A stretch of 64,000 nt of DNA. Source: Candidatus Enterousia sp. Lineage in GTDB: Bacteria > Pseudomonadota > Alphaproteobacteria > Rs-D84. Location of the stretch: the NCBI GenBank assembly GCA_045616625.1, contig JAZLHA010000014.1, forward strand, positions 23,155-87,154, given 5' to 3'. The position numbers were made by a program, and so were the translations under genes. This document shows, piece by piece, positions 8,064 through 16,730 of the stretch; position 1 is the stretch's first letter; every line of letters begins with the position of its first letter. The notes under the pieces are model-generated. The model made no database searches. It was given only the letters and a program-made list of their open reading frames with translations, and was not told the origin of the DNA.

Positions 8064-8334
8064 TTATTTAAAACAGCGGTAAAAATGTGCATTTTATTAT
8101 TAAGCACTTGATTATTAAAAAATATATGATAGTCTTGACGAAGAATTCGAAGGTTTTTCTGTAATTCTTGATAAGGTACAGAAAGAAAAACCTAGAAACA
8201 ACCTTAAGAGCAAATTAAGAGCAACTTTAATAAAAAACTATAGTATTAGGTAGTAAAAGGTAGCACTTAATATCACATTTATAAAAGGACTTAAGTTGTT
8301 GTATTTCTAAGGAAACCTTGGATTTGCGAGTTTT

Positions 8335-8411
8335 GGGTGGTTAGCTCAGTTGGCTAGAGCGTCACGTTGACATCGTGGAGGTCGTTGGTTCGAGCCCAAT
8401 ACCACCCACCA
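8335..8411 (+). tRNA. tRNA-Val (anticodon GAC)
   Basis: Manual cloverleaf: GGGTGGT/ACCACCC acceptor stem, GCTC/GAGC D stem, anticodon loop TTGACAT, T arm GTTGG-TTCGAGC-CCAAT, encoded CCA. Confidence 0.95.
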
Positions 8412-8420
8412 GAGATAACA

Positions 8421-8445
8421 AAGCCCCTTTCGGGGGCTTTTCTTA
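8421..8445 (+). terminator. Rho-independent terminator after tRNA-Val
   Basis: AAGCCCC-tttc-GGGGCTT followed by a T-rich tail. Confidence 0.8.
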
Positions 8446-8511
8446 TTAAAAATATATTGAAACCCTGTTTTTCTATGCTAGCATTCATTAATAATAAAAT
8501 TGAGGTAAAAA

Positions 8512-8724
8512 ATGATTAGATACAATCCTGTTGCAGGTTTAACAATTGTAGAAGCAATTTCTAACTCTGTTAAAATGGCTATCAATGTGAATGATTTAGT
8601 AGAAGCTAATATCAATGATGTGATTTTATATATTACACCAAAAAGTAAAGTAGAAACTTATTATAAATTATATAAGAAACATCTTGAACAGAAATATAAA
8701 CATATACAACAAAAAGTTAGATAG
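8512..8724 (+). CDS. Hypothetical small protein
   Basis: 70-aa ORF preceded by GAGGTAAAAAATG. The next ORF has the identical RBS/start context. Confidence 0.5.
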   Translation: MIRYNPVAGLTIVEAISNSVKMAINVNDLVEANINDVILYITPKSKVETYYKLYKKHLEQKYKHIQQKVR

Positions 8725-8733
8725 AGGTAAAAA

Positions 8734-9057
8734 ATGTGCGTACAACATTATTGTCTTGGTAAAGAATATTTTTATGAAAATGATGATTATGTAGAAGATT
8801 ATCCATGTGAAAATCATCATCCAGAATGGTGTAAATTTTGTACACATTTTGGCTCAACAGATAGATATAATGCTTGTGCCGAAGGTTCTGCATATCAAAT
8901 ATTTAATTGGGGTCCAAAATTGGTTTCTTTTTCTGGTCATTGTGATAAATTTGCTTGGGCAAAGAACCAAGGTGGCGATTATCCAAATCCATCCAAGATA
9001 AAGAGATTTTTATTAAATATAGATAATTTTAAATACGCTTGTGACAAACAAAGATAA
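8734..9057 (+). CDS. Small Cys-rich protein (HiPIP-like Cys spacing), paralogue of 47809-48114
   Basis: Contains WCKFCTHFGSTDRYNACAEGS...FSGHCDKFAW...GGDYPNPSKIKR. It is clearly alignable to the 47809 ORF, with five conserved Cys. Confidence 0.6.
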   Translation: MCVQHYCLGKEYFYENDDYVEDYPCENHHPEWCKFCTHFGSTDRYNACAEGSAYQIFNWGPKLVSFSGHCDKFAWAKNQGGDYPNPSKIKRFLLNIDNFKYACDKQR

Positions 9058-9073
9058 AAAAGAGAGAAAAACC

Positions 9074-11047
9074 ATGGCGAAAAAATATCTTATTACATCG
9101 GCTTTACCATATGTGAATTATAATTTACATATTGGGCATATGGCGGGCTGTTTGTTGCCGTCTGATATTTATGCGCGTTTTTGCAGGGCCATGGGTCGCG
9201 ATGTCTTGTTTGTTTGTGGGGCCGACGAACATGGCACAACTAGTGAAGTTGGTGCAATGAAAGAAAATATGCCCGTCAAAGAATATTGCGACAAATATCG
9301 TAATGCACATTTACGCGATGTTGAAAATTTTGAAATGTCTTTTGATTTATATGGTCGCACGCATACCACACAGCATGAAAATTTAATACATGATTTATTT
9401 ACACGCCTTGATTCTCGTGGAATGATTGTTGAAAAGTCTTCTATGCAACCATATTCTGTAAAAGATAAAATGTTTCTGGCTGACCGTTTTGTCATTGGAA
9501 CATGTCCAAAATGTGGCTATGAAAACGCGTATGGAAATGAATGTTCTGCCTGTGGTGCGACATTGGAACCATCTGAACTTATTAACCCACACAGTGCGAT
9601 TACAACTGACTCACCTGTGGAAATGCGTGAAACAAAACATCTATATTTCAAAACAAGTGAAATGCAGGGCAAACTTCGTGAATGGGTTAATTCGCGCCAA
9701 GGTTGGCCAAAAACCGCAACCGCAATCGCAAATAAATGGCTGGACGAGGGTCTGCACGATAGTCCTATTACCCGTGATTTAAAATGGGGAATTCCGGTCA
9801 ACAAGCCTGGGTTTGAAGACAAAGTATTTTATGTTTGGTTTGATGCACCATGGGGTTATGTTTCTATATCCCAGGCGGCAACTGACGATTGGGCATCATG
9901 GTGGAAAAATGATGATTGCCATTACACTCAATTTATGGGCAAAGATAACGTGTCTTTTCACGCCGTATTTTTCCCAGCGCAAGAATTAGCAATGGACGAC
10001 GGTTGGAAAACCGTTGATGTATTAAAGGCGTTTAACTTTCTTAATTTCGAAGGTGCAAAAATATCAAAATCAACAGGCAATGGTATTTTCTTGAATCAGG
10101 CAATAGAAGATGCATCGGCGGATGCATGGCGTTATGCGATATGCGCATCACTTCCTGAAACAGACGATACTGATTTTACACTTTCCCGTTTCGCAGATAT
10201 TGTAAACAAAGACCTGAATGGTATGCTTGGTAATTTTGTTTCACGCGTTTGCAAATTAACCGCTAAAAACTTTGGAAATGTTGTTCCAAATCACAGTGCC
10301 CCTGATTTAAATTTGGAAAAACAAATAAATGAAAAATTGGCTGAATTAACATCTGCACTGGATGCGTGTGAATTTCGCGCAGCGGTATTTGCGTTACGCG
10401 GCCTGTGGGCAATTGGTAATGAATACATGACTGAGCACGAACCATGGGCATTGGTTAAAAACGGTGATTTAGAATCTGCGGGTGCGGTATTAAATAACTG
10501 TATGCAGTTGATTGATTTATATGCACGCATATCCGAACCATTTATCCCAGATGCCGCACAAAAAATGCATAATGTATTTAAATTATCATGTGATAATTCT
10601 TGGCCAACAAAAATGGAATATAGAATTCCAGATAGCACTGAATTTATCATACCTGAAAACTTGTTTGAACGCATTGACGATGACAAGGTGGCAGAATTAA
10701 TTGAAAAATATGTCCCAAAAAAGGAAGTGCCACACTTAACAACAGCAAAAATCGTTGATATCAAAAATCATCCTGATAGCGATAAATTGCATATTTTAAC
10801 GGTTGATGATGGTTCTGAAAAATTACAAATCGTGTGCGGTGCACCAAATGTGCGTGTTGGTTTGGTTGGCGTATTGGCACCGGTTGGTGTAACATTACCG
10901 GGACAAAAGAAACCAATAACTGCACGCACTGTTGCCGGCATTGTATCCAACGGTATGATGTGCAGTGGTGCTGAATTAGGTGTATCAACAGATTCTGATA
11001 ATTTATATGAAATAAAAGACGAATCAAAAATAGGTCAATCGTTTTAA
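9074..11047 (+). CDS. metG: Methionine--tRNA ligase with a C-terminal tRNA-binding (EMAP/Trbp111-like) domain
   Basis: Motifs: HIGH-type YNLHIGH, KMSKS-type KISKST, Zn knuckles CPKCG...CSACG, and C-terminal KIVDIKNHPDSDKLHILTVDDG..IVCGAPNV. Start set at the ATG after the gagaga RBS. Confidence 0.95.
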   Translation: MAKKYLITSALPYVNYNLHIGHMAGCLLPSDIYARFCRAMGRDVLFVCGADEHGTTSEVGAMKENMPVKEYCDKYRNAHLRDVENFEMSFDLYGRTHTTQHENLIHDLFTRLDSRGMIVEKSSMQPYSVKDKMFLADRFVIGTCPKCGYENAYGNECSACGATLEPSELINPHSAITTDSPVEMRETKHLYFKTSEMQGKLREWVNSRQGWPKTATAIANKWLDEGLHDSPITRDLKWGIPVNKPGFEDKVFYVWFDAPWGYVSISQAATDDWASWWKNDDCHYTQFMGKDNVSFHAVFFPAQELAMDDGWKTVDVLKAFNFLNFEGAKISKSTGNGIFLNQAIEDASADAWRYAICASLPETDDTDFTLSRFADIVNKDLNGMLGNFVSRVCKLTAKNFGNVVPNHSAPDLNLEKQINEKLAELTSALDACEFRAAVFALRGLWAIGNEYMTEHEPWALVKNGDLESAGAVLNNCMQLIDLYARISEPFIPDAAQKMHNVFKLSCDNSWPTKMEYRIPDSTEFIIPENLFERIDDDKVAELIEKYVPKKEVPHLTTAKIVDIKNHPDSDKLHILTVDDGSEKLQIVCGAPNVRVGLVGVLAPVGVTLPGQKKPITARTVAGIVSNGMMCSGAELGVSTDSDNLYEIKDESKIGQSF

Positions 11048-11346
11048 TGCTAGAAAAAACATATAATCATATAAACGATATTAAAATATTTGATTATCAA
11101 ACTATGAAATGTTTGAATCGTTTCTCATGTCCAAACTGTATAAACAGGACACAATGCAGACATCATTATACCAAAAGACAAAGTTGTGATGTTTGTCATG
11201 ATATTTTGTGTTCAACCAAGCTGTATCTACGTGGTTATGTAGATGGTACTATAGATAGTCAATTTTTTATTTTAAAAAACATTGGTTCACAAAAAATAAT
11301 AAAAGATATACTCAAAAAATATAGAAAGACAGAATGTCAAAAATAA
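11047..11346 (+). CDS. Hypothetical Cys/His-rich small protein
   Basis: 99-aa ORF wedged between metG and queH. It overlaps the metG stop (TAATG) and the queH start. Motifs: CPNC..C, CDVCHDILC. Confidence 0.4.
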   Translation: MLEKTYNHINDIKIFDYQTMKCLNRFSCPNCINRTQCRHHYTKRQSCDVCHDILCSTKLYLRGYVDGTIDSQFFILKNIGSQKIIKDILKKYRKTECQK

Positions 11347-11870
11347 AATTGATTTTAATGTCTTGTTGTGCACCATGTTCATGTGGTGCAATTAAACAGT
11401 TGGTGGATGGTGAGATTCCTGACATTGACGACTTTATTGTTTTGTTTTATAACCCAAATATATTTCCAGAATCTGAATATCAAAAGCGATTAACCGAGCA
11501 AATAAAATACTGTGAAAAACTGGGCGTTAAATACACAACCCTTGAATATAATCACGATGCATGGCGTGATGCTGTCCGTGGTTTAGAAAACGAACCAGAA
11601 CGTGGTGCACGATGTGATAAATGTTTCGCGTTTCGATTTTGTAAGGCGCGCGAATTTGCAATCAAAAACGGTTATAATGCAATCGCATCTGTGTTTGGCG
11701 TATCTCGCCACAAGGACCAAAATCAAGTAGACAGGGCGGGCCAACAATCATGCGGAGAAATAAAATATCTGCCTATTAAATGGAATGAAGAATTACGCAC
11801 AAAAATAAACCGCAAATCTGACTTTTATCGTCAAAAATATTGCGGCTGTGAATTTAGTTTAAGAAAATAA
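11334..11870 (+). CDS. queH: Epoxyqueuosine reductase QueH (DUF208 family)
   Basis: CCAPCS near the N-terminus and YCGCEFS near the C-terminus are the hallmark motifs of DUF208/QueH. Confidence 0.8.
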   Translation: MSKIKLILMSCCAPCSCGAIKQLVDGEIPDIDDFIVLFYNPNIFPESEYQKRLTEQIKYCEKLGVKYTTLEYNHDAWRDAVRGLENEPERGARCDKCFAFRFCKAREFAIKNGYNAIASVFGVSRHKDQNQVDRAGQQSCGEIKYLPIKWNEELRTKINRKSDFYRQKYCGCEFSLRK

Positions 11871-11930
11871 AACCCAATTATATTTGCCAACTAGCTTTTT
11901 TGTCTGTATAATTAAAAAAAAGGCATAGTT

Positions 11931-12806
11931 ATGACATCTATTTATGTTTTTCCAGGTCAAGGTGCACAAGCCGTTGGTATGGGCGCGGAACTTTATAAAA
12001 ATAATTCGGCTGCACGCGAAGTATTTGATACGGTTGATAATGCGTTGGGCGAAAAATTGTCCGATGTTATTTTTAATGGCCCAATTGAAACATTAACATT
12101 AACCGCAAATGTTCAACCTGCGATTTTGGCAACATCTATTGCGATGTTTCGTGCCGCAAATTTACCAATGCCCGATTATGTGGCGGGACATTCACTCGGC
12201 GAATATAGTGAGTTATGTGCGGCGGGGGCGATATCTTTGGCTGATGCTGCCCGTTTGGTGCGCGCACGTGGAAACGCAATGCAGAATGCAGTGCCACTGG
12301 GTGCGGGTATAACCGCAGTTGTTTTGGGTTTAGATATAGATACGGTAAAACAGGTTTGTGAACAATATGGCGCAACCGTTGCGAACGATAATTGCCCAGG
12401 TCAGGTTGTTATTTCTGGCTTAAAAGAAAATATAGAACCAGCAATGGATGCATTAAAAAATGCCGGCGCGCGTCGTGTTATGCCACTCGCACTGTCGGTG
12501 CCGGTTCATTGTCCGGCGCAAGAGGCGGCCGCCAAACAAATGCAGGAAATTTTAGATACCATAGAGATAAAAAAACCAATTGTTCCAATTATTTCTAACA
12601 AAACAGCAAAGCCTATGACAGATGCATCAGAAATTCGTGAATCACTGGTATATCAAATGACACATGGTGTTCGTTGGCGCGAAAGTGTTCTAGAAATGGT
12701 AAATTTAGGGATTGATGATTTAACCGAAATCGGTCCAGGTAATGTTTTGTGTGGTTTGGTTTCACGCATTACAGATAAAATTAACGCACATAAATTGGAG
12801 ATATAA
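11931..12806 (+). CDS. fabD: Malonyl-CoA:ACP transacylase
   Basis: FPGQGAQ and the active-site motif GHSLGEYS. Confidence 0.95.
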   Translation: MTSIYVFPGQGAQAVGMGAELYKNNSAAREVFDTVDNALGEKLSDVIFNGPIETLTLTANVQPAILATSIAMFRAANLPMPDYVAGHSLGEYSELCAAGAISLADAARLVRARGNAMQNAVPLGAGITAVVLGLDIDTVKQVCEQYGATVANDNCPGQVVISGLKENIEPAMDALKNAGARRVMPLALSVPVHCPAQEAAAKQMQEILDTIEIKKPIVPIISNKTAKPMTDASEIRESLVYQMTHGVRWRESVLEMVNLGIDDLTEIGPGNVLCGLVSRITDKINAHKLEI

Positions 12807-12807
12807 A

Positions 12808-13536
12808 ATGTTTGAATTAAACGATAAAGTTGTTCTTATTACTGGCGCAACAGGTGGAATTGGTGGCGCAATTGCTAAAAAAATGAAACAGGCTGGCGCA
12901 ACAGTTGTTGTATCTGGTCGTAATATCGCCAAATTAAATTCTGAATTTGATGATTCATATATTAAAATTCCATGTGATTTAGCAGTTGATGGCGCTGGTG
13001 TTGAATTGGTTATGGAAACAATTGAACGCACTGGAAAGATAGATGTGCTTATAAATAATGCCGGAATTACTGCGGACACTTTGTTAATGCGTATGACTGA
13101 CGAACAATTTGACAATGTTATAAACACTAATTTGCGTGCCGCGTTTAAGACCTGTCGTGCGGCAATTATGCCAATGATGAAACAACGTTTTGGTCGCATT
13201 ATAAATATGGCATCCATAATTGGAACAATAGGTGGTGCGGGCCAGGCGAATTATGCCGCGTCTAAAGGGGGACTCATTGCAATGACAAAATCAATCGCAG
13301 CAGAGGTTGCATCCCGTGGTATTACCGCAAACACGATTGCCCCTGGGTTTATTCAAACACCAATGACTGATGTTTTGCCAGATGAATTAAAGAAAACGTA
13401 TTTAGCACAAATTCCAGCCGGTCGTTTTGGAACCCCAGACGACATTGCAAATGTTTGTGTGTTTCTAGCGTCTAATGAGGCATCATATATCAACGGCCAA
13501 ACAATACATGTAAACGGCGGAATGGGACGTTTTTAA
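12808..13536 (+). CDS. fabG: 3-oxoacyl-ACP reductase
   Basis: SDR motifs: [19 protein letters not shown]. Start moved to the ATG just after the fabD stop. Confidence 0.9.
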   Translation: MFELNDKVVLITGATGGIGGAIAKKMKQAGATVVVSGRNIAKLNSEFDDSYIKIPCDLAVDGAGVELVMETIERTGKIDVLINNAGITADTLLMRMTDEQFDNVINTNLRAAFKTCRAAIMPMMKQRFGRIINMASIIGTIGGAGQANYAASKGGLIAMTKSIAAEVASRGITANTIAPGFIQTPMTDVLPDELKKTYLAQIPAGRFGTPDDIANVCVFLASNEASYINGQTIHVNGGMGRF

Positions 13537-13540
13537 AAAT

Positions 13541-15190
13541 ATGCAAGAATTTGATGTGATTGTTATTGGTGGTGGACATGCCGGCGTTGAGGCTGCAGCG
13601 GCATCCGCACGTCGTGGCGCAAAAACACTTTTGCTTACCATGCGTGAAAGCGATATCGGTGCGATGTCTTGTAATCCATCCATCGGTGGTCCCGGCAAAT
13701 CACAAATGGTTGCAGAAATGTGTGCATTTGGTGGCGTTATGCCACGTGCGGCTGATTCTGCAGGCATTCATTGGCGCACTCTTAACGCATCACACGGTGC
13801 GGCAACCCAGGCTTTGCGCGCCCAGATAGATAGAAATTTATATCACAATGCGGTTATGGATATTTTAACAAACACAGAAAATCTGACTATTAAATTTGAA
13901 ACTGTATCGCACTTAGATTTACAAAAAAAGACCGTAAACAATGCGTATAGCGCGCGCGCAATTGTTTTAACAACTGGAACTTTCTTGGGCGGGCTCGTCA
14001 CGCGTGGAAACGAAAAAATACAATCAGGTCGTTTAATGGACGATGGAAATTATCAAGAAAACGATTCTTATATATCGGGCGTTCTGCGCGCAAACGGTTT
14101 TGAATTATTGCGATTAAAGACTGGAACACCTGCACGTATTTATCGTGATTCTATTGATTTTAGTGTATGCGAAGCACAACCTGGTGATAACCCACACGAT
14201 TGGTTTGCGTCTGGCGACGATAAAAACACATATAGTGAACAATGTTTTATAACTCACACAATCGAAAAAACACACCAGATTATTCGTGATAATATCGTAA
14301 ACGCCCCAATGTATAATGGCGATATAGAGGGTATTGGTCCACGTTATTGTCCGTCACTCGAAGATAAAGTTATGCGCTTTCCCGAACATACATCACACCA
14401 TGTGTTTTTAGAGCCTGAGGGGTTAAATAGCCCTTTAATCTATCCAAACGGTATTTCAACCAGTTTTGGTGCTGATATTCAGGATATTTGGATTCGCACG
14501 ATTCCAGGTCTAGAAAACGCACGTATTGCACGATACGGATATGCGATTGAATACGATGCAATCGATGCCCGCACCCTATCCGAAACATTGGAAAGTAAAG
14601 ATATATCGGGGCTATTTTTTGCCGGTCAAATCAACGGAACATCCGGCTATGAAGAGGCCGCTGCCCAAGGATTGGTTGCAGGTGCAAATGCCGCCGCACA
14701 TGCACTGAACATAGCAAGTCTACATCTAGACCGCACCAATTCAATGATTGGTGTTTTGATTGACAATATTACAACCCTCGGTGTGGATGAACCATATCGT
14801 ATGTTCACATCGCGCGCTGAATATCGCCTTAACCTGCGTGCTGACAATGCAATTTTCAGACTTGGCGACATGGCAGAAGATTTAGGTTTAATAGATTATG
14901 CTTGGCACAATAAAATCGCCAACAAATTTGAAAAAATCGCACACGAAAACGATAAATTTTACGCGGGCTATATTTCCAGGAACGAACGTGAAATTGCTGC
15001 ATATCGTCGTGATGCAAACTTAAAAATTCCAAATAATTTTAATTACAGCGAATTACCGGGCCTCACCAATGAATTGGTTGAAAAGTTGAGCAAAACGCGC
15101 CCTGAAAATATCGCTGATTTATCGCGAATCCCAGGAATGACACCAGCTGGAATAATGGTTGTCCTGCGCAGAATTAAATGTTCAAATTAA
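13541..15190 (+). CDS. mnmG: tRNA uridine-5-carboxymethylaminomethyl modification enzyme MnmG/GidA (short form, 549 aa)
   Basis: [19 protein letters not shown]-binding motif, GPRYCPS motif, and C-terminal PGMTPAGI. Confidence 0.9.
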   Translation: MQEFDVIVIGGGHAGVEAAAASARRGAKTLLLTMRESDIGAMSCNPSIGGPGKSQMVAEMCAFGGVMPRAADSAGIHWRTLNASHGAATQALRAQIDRNLYHNAVMDILTNTENLTIKFETVSHLDLQKKTVNNAYSARAIVLTTGTFLGGLVTRGNEKIQSGRLMDDGNYQENDSYISGVLRANGFELLRLKTGTPARIYRDSIDFSVCEAQPGDNPHDWFASGDDKNTYSEQCFITHTIEKTHQIIRDNIVNAPMYNGDIEGIGPRYCPSLEDKVMRFPEHTSHHVFLEPEGLNSPLIYPNGISTSFGADIQDIWIRTIPGLENARIARYGYAIEYDAIDARTLSETLESKDISGLFFAGQINGTSGYEEAAAQGLVAGANAAAHALNIASLHLDRTNSMIGVLIDNITTLGVDEPYRMFTSRAEYRLNLRADNAIFRLGDMAEDLGLIDYAWHNKIANKFEKIAHENDKFYAGYISRNEREIAAYRRDANLKIPNNFNYSELPGLTNELVEKLSKTRPENIADLSRIPGMTPAGIMVVLRRIKCSN

Positions 15191-15210
15191 AACCACACCG
15201 TTTGTTTTTA

Positions 15211-16512
15211 TTATCTTTGTTTGCAATACGCTTTATAAAAATTACGTAACGTAAATAATGACGCTGACATACCCATATATTGAAAAAGTTTAGACGGCAA
15301 ATAATTTAATGTATACATATTGTGCGTTAATAAAAACGATTTGTTCATTTGAAATAGCAAATTGTCATCTTTTATTAATGTATCTAGTTGTGGTAAAGGA
15401 ATAAACTTATTGCCCTGTGAATTAAGAATAGAATTTTTTAGAGATTCGCTAATAATTTGTTTAAATAGTTTTTGTAAATTAATTGCATGTTGACTAAAAC
15501 CAGTCTTTGGAACATAACCTATAAAGGTGTGGTTATTATAACTATCTTGGCTTGTTTCTATATGTTCTGGATTTGCTTCTATTGAAGTTTTTGCAAGATA
15601 TTCTTCTATTGGTATTAGTGTAATTTCATCACTGTCACGTATGTTACTGCATAAAAAGGTGTCACTTTGTTTGGTGTTATAATGCAGCAAACCAAATTTG
15701 TCCCCGGAAAACAGTCGTAGATATTGTCTAAAACTTGATGAAAAGTCTAACGAATCCCCATCATTACTCATTGCAAACGAGAAAAAACGCATTTGTGATT
15801 TTTCATATGGGCAAGTCATAGCATACCCAATTACAACTATTTGAGACAAAGCAACAGCAATTTCATCCGAAGTATAACCCAGCAATAGCATTTGTTGCTG
15901 GGTTATTTTTTCTAGTTGCATGGCTGTATGACCACCAGCACAATACGCCACTATAGTTATGCCACGCATATTTTTAAGGAGTATATCTTTTGCCAAACGT
16001 TCGCCTGTTGTCGATACAATTTTTGGATAAATAACGTTTTTAAAAATATCATGAAAAAACATTGTATCATTTTCACATTTTGCAACAGGATGATTGGTAA
16101 TATTGTTCATTAAAAACCATAAAGTCGGATACCTTTTTGATAATACAGAAGCAATGCGGAATACTTGATCATGATATTTTTTTCCGAAATTTGGTATAGC
16201 AACACAAGAATGCACTTTAGAGAGGTCTTTATTAGAATACAAAAAATCATTAAACTTTTTTAGAAAACCATTACAACTTTCTATACCACTTCCTGTACCA
16301 CCAAGCAATAATGCGACTGCGCCGTTTGCCTGGATTTTGTTTTTTAAAACGGCAATACGGTAAGGGGCCTCGGCTGAGGTCGGAACACGTTCAGCCAGAA
16401 AACCGTATCCTTTTCCGTCACTAATATCTTCTAATAAATTATTATACTCATTTATGTTCACAAACAATACAATAATACAAAAAATACATTTTGTCAAAAA
16501 ATTATAAAACAT
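15211..16512 (-). CDS. Membrane-anchored or secreted hypothetical protein with alpha/beta-hydrolase-like features (Cys in the nucleophile elbow)
   Basis: N-terminal hydrophobic segment, LLLGGTGSG, and IVAYCAGGH, which has the small-x-Nu-x-small-small elbow pattern with Cys as nucleophile. Confidence 0.6.
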   Translation of the reverse strand: MFYNFLTKCIFCIIVLFVNINEYNNLLEDISDGKGYGFLAERVPTSAEAPYRIAVLKNKIQANGAVALLLGGTGSGIESCNGFLKKFNDFLYSNKDLSKVHSCVAIPNFGKKYHDQVFRIASVLSKRYPTLWFLMNNITNHPVAKCENDTMFFHDIFKNVIYPKIVSTTGERLAKDILLKNMRGITIVAYCAGGHTAMQLEKITQQQMLLLGYTSDEIAVALSQIVVIGYAMTCPYEKSQMRFFSFAMSNDGDSLDFSSSFRQYLRLFSGDKFGLLHYNTKQSDTFLCSNIRDSDEITLIPIEEYLAKTSIEANPEHIETSQDSYNNHTFIGYVPKTGFSQHAINLQKLFKQIISESLKNSILNSQGNKFIPLPQLDTLIKDDNLLFQMNKSFLLTHNMYTLNYLPSKLFQYMGMSASLFTLRNFYKAYCKQR

Positions 16513-16532
16513 TTATGTTTAAACAATAAAAA

Positions 16533-16550
16533 ACACACCTTACGGTGTGT
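16533..16550 (-). terminator. Rho-independent terminator downstream of tRNA-Val(UAC)
   Basis: ACACACC-ttac-GGTGTGT, with a T-run following on the minus strand. Confidence 0.7.
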
Positions 16551-16561
16551 TTTATTATTTG

Positions 16562-16638
16562 TGGTGGGTGTTAAGGGACTCGAACCCCTGACCCTCTGCG
16601 TGTAAAGCAGATGCTCTAGCCAACTGAGCTAAACACCC
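16562..16638 (-). tRNA. tRNA-Val (anticodon UAC)
   Basis: The reverse complement folds as GGGTGTT..GCTC/GAGC..anticodon loop TTTACAC..AGGGG-TTCGAGT-CCCTT..AACACCC-A-CCA. Confidence 0.95.
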
Positions 16639-16730
16639 AAACATGTATGACGAATTATATACAGTTTTTTCGTCTTGTCCAGTATTTTATAAAAAAACAC
16701 CCCAAGATTAACTTGGGGCATTTGCTTTTA

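Noticed and set aside
7868-8107. 79-aa minus-strand hydrophobic ORF
   Set aside because: It is antisense to the HTH-like fragment in decayed AT-rich sequence, with no RBS. It is probably non-coding.
8335-8411. tRNA-Val(GAC) as the integration site of the left island
   Set aside because: The island lies on the 5' side of the tRNA, and integrases of this type target the 3' end. No repeat of the tRNA 3' end was seen in 1-8334.
9125-11027. Many 60-157-aa ORFs on both strands inside metG. Similar sets occur inside fabD/fabG, mnmG, pnp, virD4, pheT, mrdA, virB4, the GspE-like ATPase and gyrB.
   Set aside because: All are embedded in or antisense to long genes with strong family motifs. These are shadow ORFs.
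13541-15190. MnmG being a pseudogene because it is ~70-80 aa shorter than the E. coli enzyme
   Set aside because: The reading frame is intact. The N-terminal FAD motif, the central GPRYCPS motif and the C-terminal helical end are all present. It is more likely a compact orthologue.
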